Assembly: GCA_051294375.1 (NCBI GenBank) | Contig: CM119264.1 | Coordinates: 24,220,002-24,284,001, forward strand | DNA length: 64,000 nt | Direction: 5' to 3' | Source: Paraspadella gotoi | Taxonomy: Eukaryota; Animalia; Chaetognatha | Notes under the pieces: model-generated | Databases searched by the model: none | What the model was told of the DNA's origin: nothing | The model's input: the letters and a program-made list of their open reading frames with translations, nothing else | Made by a program: the position numbers and the translations under genes | Shown here: piece after piece, positions 61,924 to 64,000 of the stretch | Layout of the letters: each line of letters opens with the position of its first letter | How positions within the stretch are numbered: the stretch's first letter is position 1

Positions 61924-63347
61924 CATACCCAATCAGGACTTATTTCTGATCTTATATTTTTTCCCTCTTTTACTTTTTTAAAAAGTATTATCATTATTTA
62001 ATCCCGAAATAAAAAAAAAAGACTTGGAATTTTCAATCCTTTAAACGATTATTCTCCTCTCCTTTTTTCCTTTTGCTTCTATTTCTACTTTCTTCCGCTT
62101 TTTCTTTTCCTTTCTTCTTCATTCTTTTCTCATCTCCCCATTTTCCTTTTTTACCGCCTTTTCCCACTTTTCACATGGCTTTTCTTAAAACTCGTTGATG
62201 ACTTATTTCGCTTGTAATTTCCATCTTCTTTTATTTTATTTCCTCACATCTTAAAAAATCATCAGCATCATTGTCATCCCTAATCTTCATTATCGTTCTC
62301 CTAATGAACTTTATCTCAATCTCTATCTTTTTTTCCCATCTTCTCTATTTCTTTCCTTTCCTCCCTTTCCTCCCATTTCCTCCTTTTTTTTCTTTTTTAA
62401 TCCGACTTTTTTTTTTTCCTTCGTCGCTCTTTGAACTAACGCGATTCGCCACGATGGACTTTTACTACTTTTCCCATAAAAAGAGGAAGATAATTTAAAA
62501 AAAGAAACTATAAAAAAAAAGGAAAAAAAAAATATCGGATTTTTTTCTCCTTGGCTTAAAAAACTGCGAGATTCGACGCGAACCCAAAAGGGGCGAGCTT
62601 TAGAAGCCCTTGACTTAGCTTAACCCTAATATTTATTTATTAGAAACCCTTAAAGGCGTCTTCGTCTTGAGCCACGAAAAAGGGCTAAACCTCACGTCAA
62701 ACTCGAAAATTCCTCTTTACAGCGTCACAAAAATAGTGAATTGTGAATGGTGAAACCGCGTGACGCAAAATTCACGTCCTATTCGATTCAAAACTTGAAT
62801 TTTTCACAATTTTTTTTCTATCAGCTTTTTTTTTTCCGGCGCTAAAATTATGATGAACACGAAAGGAAAAAAAAAATTATCATCCACTCCTTCCAACCTT
62901 CTCCACAGCCCACACCACCGACGCCCCCACTCCACCCCACCACCCACCCCCTCTTATCCCCCTCCTTCCCTCGGAATCAATGTTTAGTCTTTCATTCAGT
63001 TTTTGGTTTCACGACGAAAAAGATTTTCATTCGACGTCGCATAATATTTACTCAATTTCATTGACACNNNNNNNNNNNNNNNNNNNNNNNNNGCGTCGAC
63101 GAGCCGCCAGTCGGTTCTCTAAGCCTTTCACTCGATTGAAATCCCCCCTCTCGCTCGCTCTCTCTCTCTTTATCCTCTCGCTCTCGCTCTTATAGTGAAT
63201 GTCTATTTAACAGGAGCACACTCGAGCGTATGAAAAACTCAACCACCTTCGTTTGTACTCACAAGTCACAAACGTAGTCACTCCGACAAACAATCACTTT
63301 CATTTTTGAGCAACCGCGAACGTGAAAAAAAATTTGAGATACATGAC

Positions 63348-63392
<45 letters not shown>

Positions 63393-64000
63393 ACTCGCTC
63401 TCTACCGTGACGAATGAATAAAAAATAAAATAAAAAATTTACCAATTTCATTACTCGTTAAATAGAAATTAACCGCACTGAATTAATCAGGAGTTCAAGT
63501 TTCACAAAAATCGAGACCGAAGCGGTAAAATTTTTTGTTTTATTCCATACGCCAGCGAAGATCTCGCTGATGGGAAAAATCAATGGCGGACAAATAAATA
63601 AACGAATAATTAACGAAAAAATATGTTATAAATAAGTTCGCGTATAAAAATCCTTGGTTCTCGATAGCCGATCTTCTCTAGAAAAACAATTGAATTCGAA
63701 TGACTAATAACGAGGTTTTCGGCCAAAAGAAAGACGAGAGAAGAATCGTGAAAGCAACTAGTGAAAAGCTCTCGTACGCTTAAAATTGAACCGTGGTTCG
63801 TGAATCGGGAAGACTAAAAACGAACCGAGCTGATTAAATAAATTATTTCTGATTAACCAAGCATTTATTTTCTTCGCAAAATTTGCTTCTGTTTAATCGA
63901 TTTTTTTTTTCAAAATACAATCCGGCTAAAAATATATTTTGAAATTAGTTTAAAATTAAATTTGAAATAAAATTGACTGAAAATTAACTTTATTTACTTT

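Larger units (their letters stand above)
45780..64000. repeat. Three near-identical copies of a ~4-5 kb block (45780-50870, 55600-59340, 59380-64000)
   Basis: The same order of landmarks appears in each copy: gtaaaacactttttaatt, cagtggcgcgcgattcgcttcgag, the (TCG/TCT)n tract, (tttggagat)n, ttggcttaaaaaactgcgagattc. Confidence 0.9.

Overview
Eukaryotic (metazoan, probably invertebrate bilaterian) draft-genome DNA: AT-rich, microsatellite-dense, with GT-AG introns and N gaps. There are no prokaryotic operons, CRISPR arrays or rRNA. By reading splice sites and phases by hand I reconstruct five spliced genes that the ORF track only fragments. (1) A two-exon orphan gene (- strand, 3505-1659) with an RFX X-box upstream. 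(2) An 8-exon secreted TSP1 + 5xEGF-like protein (- strand, 8624-4524). (3) A six-exon Dbx homeobox gene (+ strand, 15411-39531) with an eh1 motif, the FSWP motif and an ~19 kb third intron. (4) A 4-exon secreted His/Val/Gln/Pro-repeat protein (- strand, 42258-40811). (5) The 5' half of a metazoan alkaline phosphatase (+ strand, ~51165-55574) hidden by many frameshifts. Also present are tRNA-derived SINE copies, two foldback/MITE-like palindromes, an intronic hairpin and minisatellites. About 25-30 kb consists of near-duplicate blocks that differ by scattered 1-2 bp indels next to N gaps, which points to unpolished long-read gap filling rather than real duplication. I found no evidence strong enough to claim a new biological system. 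The best leads are the orphan genes, the possible gene nested in the Dbx intron and lineage-specific Dbx features. All gene models are manual and unverified by database search.
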